This document shows positions 10,791 to 21,984 of a stretch of DNA of 25,916 bases, piece by piece. The notes beneath the pieces are model-generated. The model was not told where the DNA came from and ran no database searches. It worked only from the letters and a program-made list of their open reading frames with translations. Source of the stretch: Ginkgo biloba (lineage: Eukaryota; Plantae; Ginkgophyta); NCBI GenBank assembly GCA_024626585.2, contig JANKJI020000004.1, positions 12,684,679 to 12,710,594 of the forward strand, read 5' to 3'. Every line of letters begins with the position of its first letter. Position 1 is the first letter of the stretch. The position numbers were made by a program, and so were the translations under genes.

Positions 10791-12287
10791 AACTAAATGT
10801 ACCTTGGTGACATGCACATATCAACAAAAATCATGATGTTGATTTCTACATCGCCTACTCTAAATCTTCTCTTTTCATTTACTTCAACCTTAAGTTAGGG
10901 AATTTGCCTTATTGATAATTGTCATATCAAATCTAGTTTAGTCTTTGAGAGTAAAGACTTCAATTAAGGTTGGATTTTGACTATTGCAATACGGTTAAGC
11001 TTATAATAATAATACTACAACAAGGTGTTCGGAATTCTTAATCTCAAATTATGTTTTTTTGGACTGTTGTAACTTTAGTTCAAGAACAAAACCTACTAAT
11101 GAAGCCATTAGAAAACTCCTAGATTTTCTAGCAAAGAAAGTTATTTATTAGTAAATAATCTTTGGTATTTTCCACTCTTCTTATGCATACTTATGATGGT
11201 TAGTTAGGATTTTAGTTTTTTAACTATATTAGCCAAATTTTGTGACAAAATTACAGGGTCTTATCCCACAAATGTATGAATGGTGTGTAAATAAATGTTG
11301 CTAGGGAATAAAGTTTGTTACAAGGGTTGTGAATATTTATATGGCAAATTGTTGCTTCAATATTATGTGGTTGAAAACACTAATACAATCTTAGACTAAA
11401 ACTATGTCACTTATCCATTCTTGAAACCCTACCGTTCAACCCTAAGCCTCAAGGGTGTGTTGGCATGCACAAAGGCAATTTGTCAGTAAATTGATATGTT
11501 TTTCATGCATAACTTGGACATTATTGACTACATATATACTTAAGTTTACAAACTTTGCATAAAGGTGACCATAAGAAATGTTGGTAAGATAAAAAGTTGT
11601 TGTTTGTATCATCGAAAACGAGTTATATGATCTTGCTGTCATCCTCGTAGTATGATCTTGGATGGTCATCCACGTGTTGTGTGATTCCACAATATATGGC
11701 TAGCAAGAACTTCACTTATCATGTGATCTAGCTTGTGTTTAATGTATTGTGTGGTCTAGTGAATGAGGAGGCAAAGTTTGGAGCATCATTTGGGAGATAC
11801 ATCATACTTCCATGGCACTCTTATGCATTGATATTGTTCTAACAGGTGCTTGCATTGAGTAGAGAAAAAGGTATATGAAAAATACCACACGACTACAAGG
11901 TTTGAGCTAACAAGCATAAGTACAAGCCCTATGATGCTCCCGATGCTTAAAATGCTCTATTTGAGAACCAATGGACCTAATTCTACACCAAGATCCAACA
12001 AAAGTCCCGATAAACACTTATAGANNNNNNNNNNNNNNNNNNNNNNNNNNNNNNNNNNNNNNNNNNNNNNNNNNNNNNNNNNNNNNNNNNNNNNNNNNNN
12101 NNNNAGACTTATTCTAAGAGATTCTAAATCCTTAATTAGAAGAAATCACATGGCATGGTGTAACAATTGAAGCAATCTTTTCAAATAAGAAATTTCATAT
12201 CATAATAGCTGAACTTCCTTATGACCTAGTGCTTGCATAATCCTGCCTCAAGATCTTACTAGGGTTAGTAGGATTCTTGTGACAAGG

Positions 12288-12575
12288 TGATGAGGAAACA
12301 TTAGCATAATATTTTATTAATGTATTTTCCTATGGTTAGTTTTTGTNNNNNNNNNNNNNNNNNNATTAGTATTTAGTATTTTCAGTTTCCTTCATGGGAG
12401 AGAACACATGCATAGGTAGTTCGATAGTCATTACATGATATAAAGTACAAATATATAGTGTAAGGAAATAAGTTATTTCCTTACACTATATATTTGTACT
12501 TTATTTCATGTAATGTTGGTGAAGACGAATTATTAGTTTCCAACTTGTGTTGTGGCATTCCCTCTCTCTCTCTCT
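12288..12575 (+). repeat. LTR copy 1 of a gypsy family (starts TGATGAGGAAACA)
   Basis: Shares the start TGATGAGGAAACA with 13380. Shares TTTCCTTCATGGGAGAGAA and long colinear similarity with 15300-15525. Confidence 0.75.
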
Positions 12576-12657
12576 CCTTTAAGAAGGCTTTTGACACAGA
12601 CCATAGGCATCTCCTTTTTGAGAGGTTACGCAGACTTGGTATCCCAGAGATCATTCT
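12576..12657 (+). mobile_element. Short LINE reverse transcriptase fragment (FKKAFDTDHRHLLFERLRRLGIPEII)
   Basis: Matches the non-LTR RT motif D(F)xKAFD.V.R..L...L...G(I)P. Confidence 0.7.
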
Positions 12658-12667
12658 NNNNNNNNNN

Positions 12668-13379
12668 ACGCAACCCAATGATCCAACAAAGCCCAACATC
12701 TTCCACCTCTCATTCTCCCTTTGAGGTTTGTATGGGTTTCCATCATTTGGCCCCTTATGAGTTACCTTTATCCTTGCCTCATGCTAATACTTCTCATACC
12801 TAGACAGAGTAAGCTAAAGCCAAAGGCTTTGTGACACACCTCCATCAGCGACATGCCAAAGTCCTTGACATCCTCAAGAAAACACAGGCCAAGCAAAAGG
12901 AGTTGATAGATCAAAAGAGGTCACCTCACAAATTTAAGGTAGATGACAAAGTTTGGATTTACTCAGATCAAAAGTGCTTCAAGAAGAAAGTACATAAAGT
13001 TAGACCTCCACAGTATGACCCCTATAATATCATTAAGAAGGTTGGTAAGAATGCCTTTAAGCTTGACTTGCCTTCACATCTTGGGATCCATAATGTTGTA
13101 AACATTAAATTACTCAAGATGTATGAAGATTCTACACTAGAGATAAAGGTGTCAATTATTCATCTAGAGCACATTATTCTTAACTTCTAGCCTTCACTCC
13201 AGATCGATACCCTCTTTGACACTACGGTTTAAAGGACCCAACATTCATCCAACACTTCTTTCCTTATGGTGAAGAAAAGATAATTTCCTTATCAGGCTAG
13301 ATGGATTTCACATTAGTAGATGCAACAATTTTTTCCTCACTTTTTTAGAAGCATTGGATGCTTTATCATTGGGAGGGAG
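12668..13379 (+). mobile_element. Ty3/gypsy integrase 3' end (Tf2-type SH3/GPY-F domain) plus polypurine tract
   Basis: TSSTSHSPFEVCMG, then ORF 12831-13190 with FKVDDKVW...YDPYNIIKKVGKNAFKLDLPSHLGIHNVVNIKLLK. PPT GGGAGGGAG at 13371-13379 lies directly before the LTR TG. Confidence 0.85.
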
Positions 13380-13573
13380 TGATGAGGAAACATAATTAAA
13401 ATGTAATTAAATTATTAACAAAACATAAAAAATATAATTATTAATACTTTGTTAATGTTATCATAAGGTTAGATTTTGATTTTCATTAACCGTAGGATTA
13501 GTCAATAAATTTAATAATCTATAGGTTTCCTTCATGGGAGAGAATCCATGCATAGGATTAATCAATAAATTTA
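13380..13573 (+). repeat. 3' LTR (copy 2), truncated by N run
   Basis: TGATGAGGAAACA immediately after the PPT. Contains GTTTCCTTCATGGGAGAGAATCCATGCATAGG. Confidence 0.75.
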
Positions 13574-15016
13574 NNNNNNNNNNNNNNNNNNNNNNNNNNN
13601 NNNNNNNNNNNNNNNNNNNNNNNNNNNNNNNNGTATGACGATCTTATAGTAGTTTGGAGTAGTTGTGACTTAATCTAGGCTATATAAGACATGCTTATTA
13701 GTTAGCACACACATTAAATTAGACCTTAATGATGGATTGTGTATGTTTAACCTTATGTATTGTGTTAAAACTAAATGTTGGTTATGGATGTTTATTAGCT
13801 TAATTGTTTAATAATGAATTGAATACAACTATTACATTATGTATTTGATTGGAATTTAATAATAGTTAAAATCTTGTGAATTAGATATTTAAATGAGTAA
13901 TATTAAATANNNNNNNNNNNNNNNNNNNNNNNNNNNNNNNNNNNNNNNNNNNNNNNNNNNNNNNNNNNNNNNNNNNNNNNNNNNTAAGTCATCAATCTAA
14001 TGCTGTGTTAAAATAGGTCAGCATTCTAGTTAAATTGTCAATTTTTACTAAGAGGAAGAATATTAAAATTTACTTTTAAAACTCCATATTTCAATTTATT
14101 GTTTCTTAAAGGTTTACTTTTGTTTTCCCTCTCAATTAATTACTTTGATCTAATATATGTGTGTAACTCTTTTTAATGAAAATATATATTTTAGAATAGA
14201 TTAATAATATATTTGACTCATCTTCATAAAAAATGATTACTTTAAAGATAGTTTACGAAAGGCATAGTTTTTAAAAAAATAAAAAATTAAAGGCATATAA
14301 TCCNNNNNNNNNNNNNNNNNNNNNNNNNNNNNNNNNNNNNNNNNNNNNNNNNNNNNNNNNNNNNNNNNNNNTGCATATATACATATAGTTTATTATTTTG
14401 TATATCCAAAATAAAGGTTCATTTTGGACTAATTAGTGTAAAATATATGTATTTAATGAATATACCATATTTATAGTAAAAACTAAACCCTTATCATTTA
14501 ATCCCATCACCTTTTCTCTGCCAATCATGTCTCAAATGGTGCAAAGATATTATTTATTATTCATTCCCATAGGGAGGGAAATTAGATTCACTTCTTTAAG
14601 CAACTTATCTCCATGTCATGTCAGTAATCATCAACCTATCTCTAATATAGTTCTTGATTTTTTATGTGTAAAATTAGAATAAAAAAGGAAAGAGAATTGC
14701 CACCACATGGATCTTGATCTCAAAATGCTTTGGACTTTTTAAACTTTTAATATTTTCATATTTAATGAGAACAAGAACTTTCATTTTTGAGTGGAACATT
14801 GACACCTATTAATTCTCTTTTTCATTACAAATCCTTTTATTCTCACATTACAATGAGTAAACTCCAACGAAAACGAGTAAACAATCCATATAGAATCTTT
14901 TTTTTTTTTTTTTGTNNNNNNNNNNNNNNNNNNNNNNNNNNNNNNNNNNNNNNNNNNNNNNNNNNNNNNNNNNNNNNNNNNNNNNNNNNNNNNNNNNNNN
15001 NNNNNNNNNNNNNNNA

Positions 15017-15545
15017 AGATGTATGAAGATTCTACGCTAGAGACAGAGGTGCTAGTTGTCCATCCACAACACAATGCTCCTAATTCTCAACCTCCACTCT
15101 AGGTTGACGTTATCTTCGACACCAAGGTTGAGAGTACTTGTCATTCATCCAACACTTCCTACCTTGTGGCAAAGAAGGGCCAGTCTCCTCATCAGGCCAG
15201 ATGGATTTCACATTAGTAGATGCAACGGAGTTTCCCTCNNNNNNNNNNNNNNNNNNNNNNNNNNNNNNNNNNNNNNNNNNNNNNNNNNNNNNNNNNNNNT
15301 AATGTATTTTCCTTAGGTTAGTTTTTGTCATTTATTAACCTTAGTTTAGCATTTAATATTTTTAGTTTCCTTCATGGGAGAGAACCTATGCATAAGTGGT
15401 TCGATAGTCGTAAGATTTTATGTTATTTCCTTCTACTATACATCTGTATGTTATTTCATGTAATGTTAGTGAAGACAAATTCTCAGCTTCAAACATGTGT
15501 TGTGGCATTTCCATTCCCTCTCTCTCAAATCTATATGCATTCCTC
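15017..15545 (+). mobile_element. Second copy of the same gypsy family 3' end (integrase tail plus LTR copy 3)
   Basis: 15017-15238 is colinear with about 13116-13338 (AAGATGTATGAAGATTCTAC...AGATGGATTTCACATTAGTAGATGCAAC). 15300-15525 aligns to the LTR at about 12318-12575. Confidence 0.8.
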
Positions 15546-15859
15546 ATTGCCAATCTTCCAACATTGATCCAATTGAGCAAGAGGGTTCCCCACCACAATG
15601 CAAATTAATCGAATAATGATGAATCCCTACAATCACAAACAATGGTTAGAGTCGAACGACGCAGTAGCCGTGAATATGATGGCATGGCATGACTTTGACA
15701 ATCTGGCATCACCTTGATGACATGGCAAAAGTCTTAACAATGTCACATTGATGATGTGGCATAATTGACAATGTGGTACCAAGATAAAACATGCCGTCAA
15801 GCCTAAAATAGCACATTAATTGCAACATTAAATGTTGATTAAAGTCACAAAAAAGGATA

Positions 15860-16330
15860 GCAGTTAATGCTGGTCTAAGTCATGGTCAAAGTTGGTCAAA
15901 TATATGGTCAAGTTATGGTCAAAGTTAGTCAAATTTGGCTGTCAAAGTCGCAAATCAAAGATGCTCAAAGTCACAAAAAAGGGCAATATTTAATGCCAAG
16001 GAAATTGCTAGTCAAAGTCATGGCCAAAGTGATCAAAACTGACCTGAATTAAGGTGCATTTATAATGCTCAAAGCCATGGTTAAAGTTGACTTGAATTAA
16101 GGAGAATTTATGGCCGTTAAAGTCACGGTCAACACTAGTCAAGCCGACTTTAGTTAAGGTGTGATTATGATGGTTAAAGTTGTGGTCAATGCTGGTCAAA
16201 CCGACTTTTATTAAGGTGCATTTATGATGGTCAAAGTCATGGTCAATACTATTCAAGCTGACCTTAATGAAGTTACATTATGATGGTCATATTTGGGTCA
16301 ATGCAAGTTTATTAGGTCGTATTTACTAAG
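15860..16330 (+). repeat. Degenerate minisatellite, about 57-bp units built from GGTCAAAGT-like submotifs
   Basis: TTAAGG anchors at about 16049, 16097, 16154 and 16211 (spacing 48, 57, 57). GTCAA recurs about every 10-11 bp at 15875-15960. Confidence 0.75.
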
Positions 16331-16629
16331 AATTATGACATCATCTTAACCCTAATTCACATTAATTAGGGCTTACTAAGGTGCATTTATCGCTCATGTA
16401 AAGTCGCATTTAATGCCCTAATGAGGGTGCATTTAATGAGTTATCAAGAAAGGACAAAAGTAATTAATGAATAGACATTAGGGTTAGGGTTTCCACCCAT
16501 TTTTAGAAAAGAATATCTATGGAAATTGNNNNNNNNNNNNNNNNNNNNNNNNNNNNNNNNNNNNNNNNNNNNNNNNNNNNNNNNNNNNNNNNNNNNNNNN
16601 NNNNNNNNNNNNNNNNNNNNNNNNNNNNT

Positions 16630-17150
16630 GAGATAGTGAAAGTACTAAAATATTCCATGGATAAATTGACCAACAAGTCCTTAAAATAATGAGATATTAT
16701 ATAGTGTAAGGAATGAGAGAAAAATAAATATTCTAAATGAATGTCCATTTGATGATATGAATGTATACAATCAAGAAAGCACATTTGATAGTAACTAGAA
16801 GTATGAAAAGAAGAAAATAATGTCAGTAACTATTCTTTCATACATAATACTAGGAAACATAGTAGGAATGATTATTGGAGAAATGAGAGAAGTCAATATC
16901 TAAATAGTTGTGGTAAGAGAGATAAGTGAGATATCATCTCTAGAGAAATAATAAAGAGAAAGAAAAGGAAAATTCTTTCAATGTAGACATTGAACTAAAA
17001 ATTGGAGATGTTAAAATAACAGTGTTTCAAATATAATGGTTAAGGCCACACTTAAAATATGTGTCCATTTTCCATTCTAGACATTAAAGTACATCATGTT
17101 TGTGGTGTTTACGACCATGAAAGTAAGGTATATCTAATTCTCAATGAAGG
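16630..17150 (+). mobile_element. Highly decayed L1-type LINE ORF1 (DUF4283 region plus zinc knuckle)
   Basis: ILNECPF (cf. L..GPW), ILGNIVG (cf. IG..LG), FNVDIEL (cf. VE(I)DL) and HHVCGVYDHESKVY at 17092-17133 (CX2CX4HX4C spacing, outer Cys decayed), all in the expected order. A-rich sense strand. Confidence 0.45.
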
Positions 17151-18021
17151 CTAAGAATGTAAATCTCACGAGAGTTTAGACAAATCCAAGAATAATATTA
17201 GATAAAGATGTAAATTTAGCTACAAGGTCATATCTAAAATATTTATAAAGAGTACCAAAGAAAGGAAACAATTCTAATGAAAGATATAGTGTGGAGGAGA
17301 AGAGAATATGCAAAATAGAATGTCCTAATCATAAAACGGAATACAATAAGGTGAGGGAGTTCATTATTAAGTCTCAAAGGAATGGAGATAAATAATTAAT
17401 CATTAAGGATGTAGAATACAATAATGAATAAAAGTCTCAAAAGGTTGATTAAGATGAGGATCTATTGAAACTTGTTAAAATTATGAAATAAACACAAGGA
17501 AAAAAGTAGGGCACATTAGAGGCATATAAGAAAGTTTAGAAACTTGAAATAGTTTGAGAAATTGCCTTCTTCCCAAATTACAATGTTGGAAACCAAATAA
17601 AATCTTAAAAACTGCTTCTTACTACAAGCATCTGGACAGAGAAGGAATACATCATCTCCCCTATATAATCGATTTCAACCCTTACTCCCTGTTGACAACT
17701 CATTCATATTTGAATTAACAATTAGAAATAAGCATTGAATTTTAGGAAATAATATTTTCTACAAAATCAAATAATTCTATTATAGCAATAAAAAGAGCCA
17801 TTTATCCACCTACTTTGTTATTAAAAGATTATTAATTCAGCATAGAACACTCATCATCAACAACTGGGACAGATCTGAAAATGAATGAAGCAATTCTTTT
17901 CATAGACTAGGTGATTATCTTTACATAGCAGTCTATCTCCCATGAAGCTAGAAATCTGATGCTTAATTTTAGAATTTCTTCATTCTCTTTACAGTCAAAA
18001 CAACCAGCATCCAGGACTTAC

Positions 18022-18152
18022 CTTTGAAACACCAACAGAACGGACCTCAACTGACCTACTGCCTTGAACAACTTCAACAGAAGCATTTGAAATGGGGCCA
18101 GTCCACAAGTGCTGTAGCATATCCCGTGCCTGAACTCTCCCAAATTCGAAGT
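18022..18152 (-). CDS. TPS1: TPS1-like exon (DFEFGRVQARDMLQHLWTGPISNASVEVVQGSRSVEVRSVGVSK)
   Basis: 131 nt, phase 1/0. It completes the split Asp codon (G|AC). TTACAG acceptor and GTAAGT donor. The LQHLWTGPISNA motif is class I TPS-specific. Confidence 0.95.
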
Positions 18153-18294
18153 CTGTAACCCCAGCATCTACAGGTTCATAACTAAAGAAAAGAAATTTTC
18201 TACGTATGCTCCAGCACGTTTTCTATGGGAACTAATTTGGAAAACGAATTCATAAAGTCTCAACAGAAGAAAGAATGTATTGCACAACAAATAC

Positions 18295-18382
18295 CTGCAT
18301 ACTTATAATTCCAGACTAAAGATGTTTCTCGGACCTCAACATATGATCGAGGTGTCCTTTCTCTGAAATAATCAAAAACAAG
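18295..18382 (-). CDS. TPS1: TPS1-like exon (LVFDYFRERTPRSYVEVRETSLVWNYKYA)
   Basis: 88 nt, phase 0/1, with TGCAG acceptor and GTATTT donor. Conserved F.ERTPRS..E.RETSLVWNYKYAD motif. Confidence 0.95.
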
Positions 18383-18639
18383 CTGCATAAAAAAGAACCA
18401 CAATCAGTTATGTGAAAAGAGAGACTTACCAAAGAGGCAGTCTTTACTCTGAACAATTTTAGTCAAACATAGTGGTCATGCAGAGAGAGAAAACTGTCAT
18501 ATGGATATAAATGGCCCTCAACAATAGAAATATTTACTTCTTGTCTGCGTTCACAATTTGCCCAAATGCATGTGAAAAAAAAGATATCAGTGACTTGGGC
18601 GAACATCCTTATGTGAACCTCAAAACAAAAAGATCACAC

Positions 18640-18762
18640 CTGTACACTTTCCATCCAGTCCATATTAAGATGTTCGGGCATTGTGGTCATCCACTCCCGT
18701 TTCGTATGGCGGAGAAACATACCATTTTCTGCTGCCAACCACATGTCAAACTCTCCAAAATT
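18640..18762 (-). CDS. TPS1: TPS1-like exon (NFGEFDMWLAAENGMFLRHTKREWMTTMPEHLNMDWMESVQ)
   Basis: 123 nt, phase 0/0, with GACAG acceptor and GTGTGA donor. Contains the conserved WLAAENGMFLR and WMTTMPEHLNMDW motifs. Not shown in the ORF track in this frame. Confidence 0.95.
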
Positions 18763-18846
18763 CTGTCATTTAAATGCATTATGTCAGTGATGATGTTAGA
18801 TAATGTCTACGAATAAATATAGAAAAGAACGGAAGCTGGATTTTAC

Positions 18847-19026
18847 CTCATCTAACACATTCCTTTCACTTCCGCTAAGAATAACAATAGTTGTTTTGGG
18901 GTCCTTGCACAGAAATGAAAGAGTCTCTCGCAGATCAGGATGCAGACGAAGCTTCATCTCTTTGATTTGGTCATGACCTCTTCTTCCAGGTGAATCAACT
19001 TGTGCAGTCATTGTTGCATTAAAACC
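18847..19026 (-). CDS. TPS1: Class I trehalose-6-phosphate synthase exon (start of TPP-like domain: GFNATMTAQVDSPGRRGHDQIKEMKLRLHPDL...VILSGSERNVLDE)
   Basis: 180-nt exon with CAG acceptor at 19029-19027 and GTAAAA donor at 18846. The peptide matches the class I plant TPS signature GFNATLTEPVD.PGRRG.DQIKEM.L.LHP...IVVLSGS.R.VLD (recognised from family knowledge). Confidence 0.95.
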
Positions 19027-20379
19027 CTGAAGCACATACTATCGCATGCATTTCTACATTGGAGCACTAATATCGCATGTGATTTAGCACCGTCCAGTAA
19101 CCGTGAAGACTGAGAGGCCATATTTTCCCATTTTATTGACCAAAGACTCATTTTTTGAGATTTAGAGAGNNNNNNNNNNNNNNNNNNNNNNNNNNNNNNN
19201 NNNNNNNNNNNNNNNNNNNNNNNNNNNNNNNNNNNNNNNNNNNNNNNNNNNNNNNNNNNNNNNNNNNNNNNNNNNNNNNNNNNNNNNNNNNNNNNNNNNN
19301 NNNNNNNNNNNNNNNNNNNNNNNNNNNNNNNNNNNNNNNNNNNNNNNNNNNNNNNNNNNNNNNNNNNNNNNNNNNNNNNNNNNNNNNNNNNNNNNNNNNN
19401 NNNNNNNNNNNNNNNNNNNNNNNNNNNNNNNNNNNNNNNNNNNNNNNNNNNNNNNNNNNNNNNNNNNNNNNNNNNNNNNNNNNNNNNNNNNNNNNNNNNN
19501 NNNNNNNNNNNNNNNNNNNNNNNNNNNNNNNNNNNNNNNNNNNNNNNNNNNNNNNNNNNNNNNNNNNNNNNNNNNNNNNNNNNNNNNNNNNNNNNNNNNN
19601 NNNNNNNNNNNNNNNNNNNNNNNNNNNNNNNNNNNNNNNNNNNNNNNNNNNNNNNNNNNNNNNNNNNNNNNNNNNNNNNNNNNNNNNNNNNNNNNNNNNN
19701 NNNNNNNNNNNNNNNNNNNNNNNNNNNNNNNNNNNNNNNNNNNNNNNNNNNNNNNNCCTAACCATGGACATTTTGTTGCATTTCTACCAACTTGTTGAGG
19801 GCTTTCTTCGAGAGAAAGTACCTTATTTTCTTCTACAAAGGAAGGCGCTACTTTTGGAAGGGTTTTTGGAGCTTGCAAAACATCTAAGAGGCCCAACGAA
19901 CCTATAGAAAGAAAGTGCAGCTATTTTGGTGCTGACAAACTGATTTTAGACTATGTATGGGCATTAGGTTGGCTATAGACTGCGACTACGTATTAAGTTT
20001 GTATATAAACTGTGATTGTGTTCGATTGTGTACCTACACTGCTTCTGACTCTGTATGAAGGGCATTGCATTATGAGGGCCAAAACTATGATGTTTTTGCA
20101 CAAAAATGCTTCCTCAACATCCAAAGAGCATAGATCTATTGGTTAAGTATCCCGTTAAGGTATGCACTACTCAACCTCACTCTTTATATATTATTTTCAA
20201 CAGTATTGTTATGTAGTCATATTTTCCAACATAATCTAGAATCTAAATTTATGATTGTACATAGACTTGTATGGGTCTATAAACCTTAGAAACTCAAATC
20301 TAGACTCCGTGTAGTGAGGCACCCCTTAGTCAAAGGATGATTTTATGCTTCTTTAAAGGTGTTCTTCTTTGGTGTAGGG

Positions 20380-20745
20380 TGACCTCAATGGAGGTGTTCT
20401 TTGGATTCTTTGACATGTTTTGAAGCACTAATTACAATGGAAAGAAGGCACATGGTTTCTCACAGACTAAAGACACCACTCTGCAAGTTATAGAAAAAAC
20501 CAAGTCATTGGGCCCACTTTTATCCACAAGATCATTTGGGATTGATAGTTGGAACATTCTATTCAGGTTCATTTATAATAAGGTGTGTATTCTTAAAACC
20601 CCTAATTTTTCCTTTAATTCCGCTACCATAAATGAAGGAAAATTTCTACAAGTTTTGGACAAAATTGTATTACGCATGGATAATTAAAAAAATTAAACCC
20701 TATTGTTCAGGGATATAAATTCTCTAGGGTAGGGTGTCTTTGGTC
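20380..20745 (+). mobile_element. Possible L1 ORF2 C-terminal relic
   Basis: IGPTFIHKIIWD**LE (cf. I.W.IW.ERN) and a weak GW.KLN-like RNase H start near 20676. Very degraded. Confidence 0.25.
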
Positions 20746-21415
20746 AAAGGGTTGTTTTGTGGAATTTATGATTATTTTTTTATATAATTATGGGTAATGA
20801 ATGCTATATGTACTCTTTCACATAATCTACCCTANNNNNNNNNNNNNNNNNNNNNNNNNNNNNNNNNNNNNNNNNNNNNNNNNNNNNNNNNNNNNNNNNN
20901 NNNNNNNNNNNNNNNNNNNNNNNNNNNNNNNNNNAGAATTCAACTTTGGAATTGACTCATCCTTTATGTTATAACATCAAGGGTCATTTGGGGGATAGGC
21001 CCATAGGATACCACCCCTTTCTCATACACTAAAGTACCATAATATATACAATTTTATTTATTCCACTCATTGATTTGATGTTCACACTGGATTCGATGAT
21101 GAATGCTAAGTGTACACTCTAACTACTGAACATTTTGGCACCATTGCAAAGTTCAAACCTGTAAGCTTTTTCTATGACCACCATTCATTTGGAGGACATT
21201 ATTTAATGATAGCAATAGGATAGAGGAGAGATTGGCAATTATGCAAAGACCCGCAACGAAATTATGGAGAGTCATGTTTCGTTAAGAGTCTTGGGGATTT
21301 TTCTAAAAGGGGAATCTGGCAAGGAAGAAGCCAAGAGGACAAACAAAAATATATTCTAGATAACACTGCAAGTTGTGACGCAGGGAAGAGGAGCGGACTG
21401 GCGACGGCTAATGAT

Positions 21416-21427
21416 GCTCTGATACCA
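21416..21427 (-). other. Primer-binding site TGGTATCAGAGC (initiator Met tRNA)
   Basis: The plus strand reads GCTCTGATACCA, the exact reverse complement of the canonical plant LTR-retrotransposon PBS. Confidence 0.9.
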
Positions 21428-21984
21428 ATAATGCAGGGAATGCAAGGAATTCTTTTTGCTCTTCGAAATTTCTGTCTTCTACTAATTTTTGGAATTCTAC
21501 CCGTCGACGGTCGGCACCGACGATCGTCAGTGAGAATCCAAAACGACCATTTGTTTCCCAACCTCCACCGACGAAGCTCCAAGATGACGGTCGGTGTTCA
21601 TCTCATCACTAACAAAGTTTCCTGCACTTTGGTCGACCGTCAGTGCAATCCCCCTAACTAATGAAATTTGGTTCTTCTCCTTGCACACTATCATCGTCCT
21701 CCCCCCTGCCTTCTAGGATCTTCTCAATTGACATACCCGCGCCAACGATGTCGGTGAACTTAGCTTTGAAGTTTGTCGATGTTTAACCCACCATCGATGA
21801 CCCACAGGATCAACTAAAACATTCACTTGCATGACTTATATAATGAACAGTTAAATAAAACATTCATACAAGGAAAGATACATTCATTCACAATTACACA
21901 TCATGTTTTTAACTGGAGAAACCCTCTTGGGGAATAAAACTCCAGATGCATTATGCTCCATGGTAATAAAATATTACAATACCA

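Larger units (their letters stand above)
1278..18021 (-). other. 16,744-bp phase-0 GT-AG intron of the TPS1-like gene, filled with TE relics
   Basis: The flanking exons join in frame with no missing conserved residues. Donor is GTAAGT and acceptor is CAG. Confidence 0.88.

Noticed and set aside
16008-16256. His-rich repetitive ORF
   Set aside because: It is simply the translation of the 57-bp minisatellite.
16478-16492. Telomere-like TTAGGGTTAGGGTTT
   Set aside because: Only two units. TAGGGTT motifs are common in plant LTR elements.
19148-19907. Long ORFs spanning N runs (also 7767-8678 and others)
   Set aside because: Artefacts of N bases containing no stop codons.
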